The translations under genes were made by a program, and so were the position numbers. A DNA stretch of 28,433 nucleotides. Origin: a virus (Duplodnaviria; Caudoviricetes). This document shows, in pieces, positions 1 through 9,200 of the stretch; within the stretch, counting starts at the first letter, position 1, and every line of letters starts with the position of its first letter. The stretch covers positions 1 to 28,433 of the IMG/VR virus record IMGVR_UViG_3300044513_002415; one strand, written 5' to 3'. The notes beneath the pieces are model-generated. The model ran no database searches. It was not told where the DNA came from and saw only the letters and a list, made by a program, of their open reading frames with translations.

Positions 1-2
1 CT

Positions 3-461
3 TGGGCTGCCAATGTATTTACAGAGCAATCAGCTAAAGGAACTTTTATACGTAAAAATCCTACGTTATTAAAATTATTAAGAAAACTTAAAATTAACAC
101 AAATGAAACTTGGGATAAAATACTCGCAGATGGTGGTAGCGTTCAAGGTTTATCTGAGCTTGATGGGGTTGTTATTGGCCCACACGAAATCCCTGCGAAA
201 GAAGTATTTAAGACGTTTAAGGAGATTAATCAACTAGAGTTAGTTAATCAAGCTGGTATACGACAGCAATATATTGATCAAGCAGTTAGTTTGAATCTAG
301 CTTTTCCTAGTGTAGCAACACCTAAATGGATTAATCAAGTCCATATGCAGGCTTGGAAAAATGGTATTAAAACTTTATATTATACGAGGACAGAATCAGT
401 GCTTCGTGGAGATATAGCACAACAAGCAATGAGTGAAGATTGTTTAGCTTGTGATGGATAA
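3..461 (+). CDS. nrdA: Ribonucleotide reductase class I alpha subunit, C-terminal part (5'-truncated by the window)
   Basis: Not in the ORF track. Frame 3 translated by hand: WAANVFTEQSAKGTFIRKNP...FKTFKEINQ...RQQYIDQAVSLNL...AWKNGIKTLYYTRT...EDCLACDG, stop TAA at 459-461. It has the IDQ..S.N motif, the G.KTLYY radical-relay tyrosines and the terminal CxxC. Confidence 0.95.
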   Translation, partial: WAANVFTEQSAKGTFIRKNPTLLKLLRKLKINTNETWDKILADGGSVQGLSELDGVVIGPHEIPAKEVFKTFKEINQLELVNQAGIRQQYIDQAVSLNLAFPSVATPKWINQVHMQAWKNGIKTLYYTRTESVLRGDIAQQAMSEDCLACDG

Positions 462-463
462 TT

Positions 464-498
464 AAAAAAGGGGAGGTCTTACGACTTCCCCCTTTCTT
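464..498. terminator. Bidirectional intrinsic terminator between convergent nrdA and the virion operon
   Basis: AAAAAA-GGGGAGGTC-TTAC-GACTTCCCC-CTTTCTT: 9-bp GC-rich stem, with an A-tract on the left and a T-rich tract on the right, between convergent genes. Confidence 0.85.
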
Positions 499-549
499 GG
501 TTACAGGAACTTTTGGGTATGGTACGCCCATTTATTTTTGTTCCTTATT

Positions 550-801
550 TTAATTTCTACTACTAGTAGATTTTCTTAACCCACCTTTACGAGTGTTTTC
601 ACTAGTTTCTTTAACATCTACCCAAGTCTCTCCATCGGCAGCAAGCTTTTGACGACCTCCTATAGGTTTTGTTTTTCTAGTTACTTTTAATTTTCCCGAA
701 GCTATGTCTCTTTTTCTTTTAGCTTCTTGTCGCTCAGCTTCCATAGATTTTCTTATATCCAAAGGACTTTTAGCCATAAATGGACTTGAAAAATTACTCA
801 T
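550..801 (-). CDS. Small basic hypothetical protein (83 aa) with N-terminal SPF/SPL motifs
   Basis: ATG ORF packed 4 nt after the upstream gene with an A-rich start context; begins MSNFSSPFMAKSPL. Confidence 0.75.
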   Translation of the reverse strand: MSNFSSPFMAKSPLDIRKSMEAERQEAKRKRDIASGKLKVTRKTKPIGGRQKLAADGETWVDVKETSENTRKGGLRKSTSSRN

Positions 802-805
802 AATT

Positions 806-1135
806 TTATTTTTTATACTTAGTAGAACTCATTATCTTTAAAGTTGCTTCATCAGCTTCAGATCCTTTCTTAAATCCAACTTTTGCACCTGCTTTTAAAC
901 CAGCAACCGCGGCCTTAGCTAATTTATCTTCTTTATATCTTCTAGAATATCCAGCTGGAGCAGAAGTAGTATTAGTTGCTTTTTCTTTTTTTGGCCCAAT
1001 TAAGCCAGCTTCTCTAGCGCTTTTCACCCCTCTAGCAACATCTTCTTGAGTTTGACCAGGTAGTATTAACCCTTGATTTAAAGGTGATGATTTTGTCAAG
1101 TATTGTGTACAGTGTTTTGATGTAAATGGTTTCAT
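806..1135 (-). CDS. Small basic hypothetical protein (109 aa)
   Basis: Start overlaps the upstream stop (TAATG at 1133-1137); N-terminus MKPFTSKHC...SSPLNQ resembles that of the 104-aa neighbour. Confidence 0.8.
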   Translation of the reverse strand: MKPFTSKHCTQYLTKSSPLNQGLILPGQTQEDVARGVKSAREAGLIGPKKEKATNTTSAPAGYSRRYKEDKLAKAAVAGLKAGAKVGFKKGSEADEATLKIMSSTKYKK

Positions 1136-1245
1136 TATTTTTCTTTTTTAAACATTAATTTATATAGTAACGAGTTCCATTTACCTTTTAAATATTCGTT
1201 AAATGCAACTAACTTATTTCCGATTTTTATTAAAAACTTTCCCAT
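1135..1245 (-). CDS. Unannotated 36-aa cationic amphipathic peptide
   Basis: MGKFLIKIGNKLVAFNEYLKGKWNSLLYKLMFKKEK*. It fills the gap between neighbours exactly: it starts 1 nt after the upstream stop, and its TAA overlaps the next ATG (TAATG). Confidence 0.75.
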   Translation of the reverse strand: MGKFLIKIGNKLVAFNEYLKGKWNSLLYKLMFKKEK

Positions 1246-1246
1246 A

Positions 1247-1561
1247 TTAATAGTCGTCTCTTGATTTTTCTTCTTTAGTCATTTTAGCTTCAGCTTCAAT
1301 TTGCTTTTTCTTCATAGCTTCAATACTACCGTGTTTAGCTATAGCCATTGAATCTCTTCTTTTGATACGATCCATTATATTCTTTTTTGTCTGAGGATTT
1401 AAAGACTCAAGTCTTTTCATAAAGTTAGGATCTTTAAATTCTGCTGGTACGTGCTCTTTTTTTTCTTGATTTAATGGAGTACCATAATTAGCACAGCTTT
1501 TCTTTTCTAGTGGTGTACCGTAGCTCATCGGACTACAGTGTTTTGACATAAATGTTCCCAT
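1247..1561 (-). CDS. Small charged hypothetical protein (104 aa) with duplicated YGTPL motif
   Basis: ATG preceded by TAAAAATAAAC; begins MGTFMSKHCSPMSYGTPLEKKSCANYGTPLNQ. Confidence 0.8.
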   Translation of the reverse strand: MGTFMSKHCSPMSYGTPLEKKSCANYGTPLNQEKKEHVPAEFKDPNFMKRLESLNPQTKKNIMDRIKRRDSMAIAKHGSIEAMKKKQIEAEAKMTKEEKSRDDY

Positions 1562-1569
1562 GTTTATTT

Positions 1570-1851
1570 TTATTTTTTAGATTTATTTTTTTGACAAAAG
1601 TTTCTAGCAGCTTCTACACTACCAAATCCCCATTTTTTTAAAGCCATTGCTTTTTTAGTTGGTTCTCCTTTAGCATCTTTCATTGCGCCTGCCATACCAG
1701 CAAATCTACAAGCAAATGATACTCTTCTTTTACTAACACCTTTAGTTAGTCTTTTTCCCAATGACTTACCTGTTTCAGATTTATACTCTTTACGCATTTT
1801 TCTGTTTTGCTTCTCGTAAGCCTCTTCTTTTATGTTAAATGGTGTATTCAT
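1570..1851 (-). CDS. Small basic phage protein with RRxSFxxR...GM...AL.KW motif (DUF6321-like)
   Basis: RRVSFACRFAGMAGAMKDAKGEPTKKAMALKKWG resembles a widespread phage family that I recall as DUF6321; the family name is unverified. Confidence 0.65.
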   Translation of the reverse strand: MNTPFNIKEEAYEKQNRKMRKEYKSETGKSLGKRLTKGVSKRRVSFACRFAGMAGAMKDAKGEPTKKAMALKKWGFGSVEAARNFCQKNKSKK

Positions 1852-1852
1852 A

Positions 1853-2206
1853 TTAATATGTCCAAATTACGTTTTGTGATTTATCTTTATCGATGTCTAC
1901 ATGTATAAACGTACTTGCAACACCTATTCTATTGAAACCTACTTCTAACAATGCAGTTAACATTTCAAATCTATCATCAGATTTTACGCATGCTACATCA
2001 ATTGCTAAACCTTTTAAATGCGAAGATGAACTAACCCCACCAACCTTACGGTTATGAGACTCTGTTCTATATCCACTAGTTACACGTATTGGCTTACCGT
2101 AGATCTCTCTAGCTTCATCTATCATTTCAAGAAGCTTTGGATCCATAAGTTGACCACTACCTTGTATATCAGGCGAATCAAATTCTTCGTAGTTAAAATA
2201 TTTCAT
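1853..2206 (-). CDS. Endolysin, peptidase M15 family (Peptidase_M15_3-like Zn peptidase)
   Basis: YFxxxEF start, SGYR...HN..VGG...SSHLKGLAID (His/Asp zinc ligands) and FIHVD (third ligand). Confidence 0.9.
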   Translation of the reverse strand: MKYFNYEEFDSPDIQGSGQLMDPKLLEMIDEAREIYGKPIRVTSGYRTESHNRKVGGVSSSSHLKGLAIDVACVKSDDRFEMLTALLEVGFNRIGVASTFIHVDIDKDKSQNVIWTY

Positions 2207-2364
2207 TAGTCGTTATCTCTTTTTATGTGTATCCACTTGGATACAGTATACCCAATTGTAATTACAAGTAACAATATTTTCAAACCGTCTTCTATTTGTG
2301 TAAATGTTGTTACGCCGAGAGTCCCAGCGTTCATTGCGTATAATCTAATATCTGCTATATTCAT
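2206..2364 (-). CDS. Putative holin / small membrane protein (52 aa)
   Basis: Start re-called at ATG 2364 (preceded by AATAAAAATAAA): MNIADIRLYAMNAGTLGVTTFTQIEDGLKILLLVITIGYTVSKWIHIKRDND. It has a hydrophobic helix and a charged tail, and is TAATG-coupled to the endolysin. Confidence 0.65.
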   Translation of the reverse strand: MNIADIRLYAMNAGTLGVTTFTQIEDGLKILLLVITIGYTVSKWIHIKRDND

Positions 2365-2371
2365 TTTATTT

Positions 2372-2647
2372 TTATTCGCCGCAAGGCTCTCCTGTTTTAA
2401 CGTTAATCCAATTTTCTTTTTCAAACCAGTCACGTAATGTAGCACCTTTTTTACGAGCACCTTTAACTTCCGATTTAGTTGATCTTTCTCTTTTACCTTG
2501 TGCAGCCGCAGATTCTTTAGCACGGATAACTTTTTCTTTAGCTTCTTTGCTCATTGATCTTACTTTTGCAGCAGGTAAACATACTTTACGTGTACCACCA
2601 CCTTTAGCTTTATGTAGTGGTGTATTTCCTGGTTGTATATAAGCCAT
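2372..2647 (-). CDS. Small basic phage protein with CLP...MS..EK and LRDWF.KE.W..VKTG.PCG motifs (DUF5872-like)
   Basis: Motifs recognised from widespread small phage and giant-virus proteins; family label from memory. TAATG-coupled to the upstream gene. Confidence 0.65.
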   Translation of the reverse strand: MAYIQPGNTPLHKAKGGGTRKVCLPAAKVRSMSKEAKEKVIRAKESAAAQGKRERSTKSEVKGARKKGATLRDWFEKENWINVKTGEPCGE

Positions 2648-2892
2648 TATTTTTTTCCTTTATCTAATTTCCGCATTGCTGCGTTTCTAGCACACTTCAT
2701 TTTAGCAGCGTAGCTAGGATTCTTTTTTCTATTAAATACTATTTGTTGGTTTAGACTACCAACAATAGCTTTTTTATTTCTGTTTCTAGATCTGATTAGC
2801 CAATTAGCTAAAGCATCACATCCAAGTTCTTTAAACTTACCTTCTGCATCTTCGTATTTAGAGTCTTTCCACTCAGGTCTTTTACTTGCCAT
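2647..2892 (-). CDS. Small basic hypothetical protein (81 aa)
   Basis: ATG ORF with an 11-nt overlap upstream and a TAATG overlap downstream. Confidence 0.75.
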   Translation of the reverse strand: MASKRPEWKDSKYEDAEGKFKELGCDALANWLIRSRNRNKKAIVGSLNQQIVFNRKKNPSYAAKMKCARNAAMRKLDKGKK

Positions 2893-3055
2893 TTCTTCTA
2901 CAATTTTGCATGTTAATAAACCAGTTAGCTAATTGCACATCACGTTTAGTAGCTTCTCTTCTAGCTTTCAATTTGTTTACTTTAGTACAAGTAACATCAC
3001 CTCCGTATAGTTTATTAATACGAGCTTTTAAAACTCCGCGATATGCTTTTGCCAT
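2882..3055 (-). CDS. Unannotated 57-aa basic protein
   Basis: MAKAYRGVFKARINKLYGGDVTCTKVNKLKARREATKRDVQLANWFINMQNCRRNGK*. TAATG-coupled upstream, 11-nt overlap with the next gene. Confidence 0.8.
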   Translation of the reverse strand: MAKAYRGVLKARINKLYGGDVTCTKVNKLKARREATKRDVQLANWFINMQNCRRNGK

Positions 3056-3210
3056 TACTTCTTTTTATTACCGTAGTTTTGTGGTCCACCAGCTTTAGTA
3101 CATCTTACACCCCAACCTGAAGCATAAGCGCTAGGCCAAACCTTAAATTTTCTTTTAGCAGCAGCTTTGCAAGCTGAACTAATTTTACCGTATAAAGGAC
3201 TATTTGCCAT
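3055..3210 (-). CDS. Unannotated 51-aa basic protein with K.KFKVWPSAYA.GW motif
   Basis: MANSPLYGKISSACKAAAKRKFKVWPSAYASGWGVRCTKAGGPQNYGNKKK*. 11-nt overlap with the stop of the giant gene; the PSAYA motif is familiar from small phage proteins. Confidence 0.85.
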   Translation of the reverse strand: MANSPLYGKISSACKAAAKRKFKVWPSAYASGWGVRCTKAGGPQNYGNKKK

Positions 3211-6200
3211 CTTTATTTTTGTTTTGTAATTTTATAATTTCTTTGACTCTATCATCTTCTTTAGTTAAAGCTCTAATTTCTTTTTTAGTTAATCCTAAAT
3301 CTAAAAGCATCTTAACTTGATCTGACTTGTTAAGATTAAATAATTTTTTAACTTGTTTCTGTGTTTCAGTTAATACTGGTTCTGCTTCAGCTAAACCAAA
3401 ATATGGTAGTCCAACATCCCAACCTGACCAACCTAAAGCTAATGCAACTTTTTGCCAGTTTTCAGTAGCAGGATTTAATATATTACGCATGTTATTCATT
3501 TTCATAACAGCTCTATCTAATGGTATATTAAATATAGCTGATATTGTTTGCGCTCCTGCTAAATAAGCTGGATTGTCCATGCTGAAACCTTTTTCTTTTA
3601 TTTCTTTACCATTCCAAGAAACAGTTCTAGCAGCTGATTTTAATTTTCTAATTTTAGATCCAAGAGCTGGAGCTATAGAAAGTAAATCATCAAGAGCTTC
3701 CTCAAACTTAGGCGATTTTTTATCTGCCTGTTCGGCTATTGTCATTAAAGAATTTTTAACACCAGCTATAACAGCACCTTGAATACCAAGACCTTTTAAC
3801 TGCGAATCAATAGCGCCGTTTAAAGCTCTTTCTAGTTTTTGCTCTTTGTTAGCTTCTGTTAACTCTTCATCATCTTCATCATCATCAAACAATGCCCAAG
3901 CTAATCCACTTTGCAGTGCGTTAAACATTATGTTTTGTATTGCACCGTAATATACTATTTTAGATATATTAGCTCTCCAATCACCTCTTTTATTAACTAG
4001 ATCTTGAACAGCTCTCTTTTGTATACGTACATACTGAAGCTGAGTGTTACCAAACTGAAGTATAATACGTCCAATCAAAGATCTTTGTTGCTGACTAATA
4101 CGCATTGGACTACTAGACTGCTGATTTTCTTCAGCTATTAACCTAAAGTCTTCAAAAGCTTGTTGCTCTGCTAACTTTCTGTCCATACCTTGTTCAACCA
4201 AAGATTCTATTCTATTTCTATAAAATGTAGCACCACCAGAAGCAATAGCAAAACTATCTGCATATCTAGTAAATACAAAACCTTTGTTAAGTAAGTATGA
4301 TATAGCAGCGTTAACTTTATTTTTGCTACCTTCAACAGCATCAGCTATTTCAGATTCACTTACATTGATTTTAAGACCATCTCGTCTTTCAAGCAAGTAA
4401 TCAGAGTTCATAAGAGTTAAGAAGTCACCCCAAAATTGTTTTTGGTTAGCAAACGCTTTACCCGCCTTTAATATATTATTATCACCCCAATTTATAAAGT
4501 TTACCGCAGATATAGTCTGTAATACAGCAGATCTTGTGTTTAAGAACATTATAGCACCAACAGAGTTGTTTAACCAGTCTAGTATTTGATTAGAAACTCT
4601 ATCACCACCTAATGGTCTGTTACTACCACTTTTCATTGCTCGAAGCGAGTCTTTCAATGCTTCTACATACTTAACACCAAAAGCAGCTTCAAGTTTATTC
4701 ATATTCTTTTCAGAGAATATAATGTCTACATTTTCTTGCCACTCTTGTAAGTACTCTGCTCTATTGACTTTATTGATACCCGATATAACATCTGTTGTAA
4801 TGTTACCTGCTGTCCAGTCTTTATCTGGCTTTGGATATGGTTTGCCTTTTTGTATATTAACAAGTTGATCAGCAAAAGCCTGTAGCTCTGGATCAGCTTT
4901 AATAAAATCTGTTAATCTTTTTTGATCACGCTTAGAAAGCCCTGGAACTTCTATTCCTTGAGCATCCCATATATAAGTTCTAATAGCGTGCTGATATGAA
5001 TATTTAGAAATACCAGTTTCTTTTTCTAAAGTTTTTGGTACACCTTTAAATTGTTTCTTTAAAGCTTTGTAATCTCTACCAGCTGCAACCTTAGCTTGTG
5101 ATATAGCCATTTCAGCTCTGTTAAAAGGATCTAATAGATTTTCCTTATAAAAAGCCATTTGAGCATCACCAACTTTTCCTTTGCCTAAAGTCTTATAAAG
5201 CAAACCTAAAAAGTCTTCAGCTGATGGCGTTGTAAAGAAAGTAAACTTACCTTTGTTTGCGCCTACTGTTTTAGCTTTAGCAGCAGAATAATCTTTGTAA
5301 GATTCGATACCTGTTTTTTGTTCTATAATATCGTTGAATACTTTATCAAAAGTTTTACGTTTACTAGCTTTAGCTTGCTGTACTTTTGATTTAACATCAA
5401 CTTGACTAAGTACATCTTTAACAGCTTGAACATTTTTAACAGCGTCATCAGCAAAGTAAAAGTCGTTATAACCTTCAGCAGCTTTATCAGCTATCCATCT
5501 ACCTTTTGCTTCAGCAGTTCCATCACCAAGACCTGTTATGTTTTTTAAAGGTATATCAATACCATTAACTTTCATAAATTCTTGTATAGGTTTAGCAGCA
5601 TCAGCAGGTCTTGCTGTTAATATAAATATATCTTCAGTACCTCTTACTTTAGCTATTTTTTGAGCTACGCTGAATAATGGTCCTTTTTCACCTTCAATAA
5701 CTTTGCTAAACTCTCTAAAATCAAACTTTGCGCCTTGACTTTCTAGAACATTATATTCAGTGGCAAAGTCACTTGCATCAACTTTACCAACTTTGTTTGC
5801 GTTTATGCCAGCATAAACCTTTTGTAAAAAGTCATTAGGTAATGGTTTACCATATTCTATAGTTTCTGTGTTAATTTCGTATAAACGATCACCAAAGTCT
5901 TCTCTATATTTTTTTAAGCTCTCTTGAACACTTTCGTAAGTTTTCTTTACGACAAAATCAGGTAATGATCTTTCTGCTCTAGCTTTATTTCTTTCAATAG
6001 CTGTCTCAAGTGGTGTAGTAGCTACAACCATGTGTACTTCATAACCAGCATCTTGTAAAGCTTTTATTTTCTTAGTAGTAGCATTGTAAGAAGCGCCTGT
6101 ACCATCTATTACCATACCATTACCTGCAGCGGCGTATTTATCAAACTTAGCTACAGCGGCTTTTCTAGCAGCGGCACCAAGCTTAGATCTTAGTGATCTT

Positions 6201-9200
6201 TGCTCCGCTGTATAATCAGATTCTTTAGCTGGTAATTTAGACTCAGCTTTCATTGCTTCTAATGCTATATCTTGATTAACTACTTTATAACCACGTCTAC
6301 CAAGCTGTAATCCTTTGCCGACATTTGTTTTACCAGCACCAGGGCCACCAACCATAAATATAGCTTTTAAGTTTGTAGCACCTTCGCTAAATCCACCTTC
6401 TACATTTGGAACAGTATATAATACTTGACTTTTAGATCTAGCCAATGTATCGTCAAAGTCGAACACTCTAATCTTTTTAACTGGAGCATCAGGACGTCTA
6501 GCTTTGTTTAAAGCTTCATCTAAAATACTTTGATTATAAATATTTTGTTGAGCAGATATCTTCTTTTTGCTCTCCATAGATTTAGGAAGAACAGTATTTA
6601 AAGCGTTTTCAACTTTAGGAACATCTTTAACGCCTTGTTCATTAAGTTTTAAACCACTTGGTGTTATGCTAAATGTTTCAAAAACTGTTTTACCTGTAGA
6701 CAAAACTATATTACTAGGATCTATACCACCTCTAGTATTTGCAACATTTATATTAAAGTATCTAGCCCAAATATTGTCAGTTACTTTCCAACCTTCAGGA
6801 GTCATAGCTATATAATTAAAAGGTTCGCCATTTGGCTTTTTACCTTTTAATTTTTTATCATCAGCCAAAGCTAAAGCACCTTGAAAATAATTTTTTTCAA
6901 TATTTTTAAAATCTTTATTTATTGTTCCTGCAAACGCAGAGTTAAATAAATATTTAGCAACTAGACTTGCCGGCATTGTATGTTCTTCTACTATACCGCT
7001 AGAAACATCTTTAGAATAAAACTTAATAGGTGCAGATGTTCTAACAAAGTGGTTCATTCCTTGACTAGTGCTAGAAAGCAAGGCTATTATAAATGAAGTA
7101 TTGTTTTTATTTTCTTTCATTAAAGTTTCAAAAACTTTAAATAAATCTTTAAGTCCTTGAAGCTTAGCTTGTTGTTCTTTTTTAAACTGCTCGCTGTTAA
7201 ATTTATTTATAAATCTTTCACTTACTTTACCTTGTCTGCCTCCAGTTACATATGTGTCTCTAAATACCGCTTTGCTTATATTGTCATTTTCTTTAGCAAA
7301 AACCGCGTCTTGCAGTAAAATACCTAATTCACCTAAAGTGCCATCTTGTTTTAATAATCCAGATGTAAAAAAGAAATTTCTTTTAGCCGCACTCATTCCA
7401 GCATTAGCAAAAGTTCCATTTGTAAAAAAAGATTTTGGAACTCTAGGCGCTAACACGTTAACAACCCAGTCTTGCATTTTTTTAACATCTTCAGAGTTTT
7501 TAGAGCTTATAAAATCGACATCAGCTTTCTTAGCAATATAACTCCATCTTTTGTTTTCAGCAGCTAATTCGTCAGAAACTTTTTCAAAAGCTTGGTTTTC
7601 TATAAACATGTTTATATCTTCAACAGCTTTTCTTTTGCTAAATTTAGCTCCACCAACAGCTCTTTCAGCAGTTGTAGATACTAGACTTTCAAACATACGG
7701 TTTCTAATATGCAGGTTTAATAAACCTCGTATTGTTTGACCAACAGCGTCTCTATATATTGGCTTAACAGGCTTTTGTCTAATAAGATCCATATAATCTT
7801 TTAAAGTACCAGTTAACTTACCATTTGTATACAATGCGTTCATTACGTTTCTAGGTAAGAAAGTACCTTTACCAAAACCATCTTTAGTTTCTGGTAATCT
7901 AGCAAAATCATTATTAGCGTTTTTAAGTAAAAACTGTTTAGCTGTTGTTAAACCTTCAGAATCTGTTTTCTGATAGTTTCTAGTTTTATCAGTTATAGTT
8001 TGAGGATTCAAACCAAACATACCAGCATATATATCTGCTACAGTTTTAGGTACATTTCTAGTCTGACCAAAAGTTTTTATATCTTGACCTTTAAAAGCTT
8101 CTTTTGTAGCTTCTGTTATTCTAGTTTCAACTTCAGCTTTATCTTTAGCGCCTACTTTTTCTACTTGCGCTTGCGAAAACTCAACTGTTTCAGTAGGTTT
8201 TTTGGCTATTGGTTTTTCTTTCGTAACGGTTTCATCAACTTCTTCAGCTACAACTCCTTTAGCTTCTGTTACATCAGTTGTAAATTCTTCACCTAAAACT
8301 CTACGTGAAGCTTCAATAGCTCTAGATGGTAAAAACTTATTAATATAAGCAGCTAATGGCACGCCTGATTCTGGTTTGTATTCCATTATTAAATCAAGTA
8401 TACCTCTTGGTCCTGTTTCTATTTCATCTGTAAGTAGTTGACGATCAAAATTAGGCGCTTGACTTCTAGACTCTACTATTCTATTTGTGATAGGTTTAAA
8501 CTTGTTTATAATGTCCATAGCTGCAGAAACACCTTGGTCATCATATAGTCTTTGAACTTCTTGAGAATCTTCTACTCTTTTACTTTCTTTAGCTATTGAT
8601 TGTTTTAAGTCTGTTATTTCTTGAGGAGCTATATCAACTTCAACACCTTCTACAGCGGCTTTTTTTAACCCTCTAGAAAGACCTTGTTGTCTATGAACAC
8701 TTCTGTTGTAATCTTTTATAAAGTTTAATACGTCTTTACCGTTTTTAAACTTGACTTTCATACCCATAGCACTCAATGCTCTACGTATAAAACCACCTAT
8801 TTTATCACCTATAGTTTCATTTATCTCAATAGTACCTTCTGTTAAAGCTTCACTAGCAAGAGTTAAAACCTCTTCCATAGTATCAGCTTCTGATATATTA
8901 GCGTCTTCTACATATTGATCTAGTCTAGCTTTAAACTCAGGTTTTATTGTAATGTTTTCGTTTGTTTGTAGTTCATTTAATAATGACTTACCTAAAGCTA
9001 CGGCTGCTTCTGGTTTATTTTTAACAGTTTCATAAAGCACAGCATGTCCTGTTTCGTGCTGACCTTCTGTAAACGTTCTATCTTCCGTAGCAACTTCTTT
9101 GTTTAAAACTATAATTCTACGACCATCAGGTAGAACAACGAATGTTCCATAGTTATCAGAGTTTTTAGTATCTATTTCACTACCTTCTTCTTTCAATGTT

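Noticed and set aside
2365-2523. N-terminal extension of the 105-aa ORF in the track
   Set aside because: It uses a non-ATG start and overlaps the 91-aa gene; ATG 2364 has a good A-rich context and no overlap.
5860-6400. Kinase insert as an intein or a toxin-antitoxin module
   Set aside because: There is no Cys/Ser...His-Asn splice junction and no adjacent antitoxin gene; it is an in-frame domain.
6440-6470. DFDD as a crAss-type virion RNA polymerase catalytic loop
   Set aside because: The context is hhhDxDxT with HAD motifs II-IV downstream, not DxDxD in a double-psi barrel.
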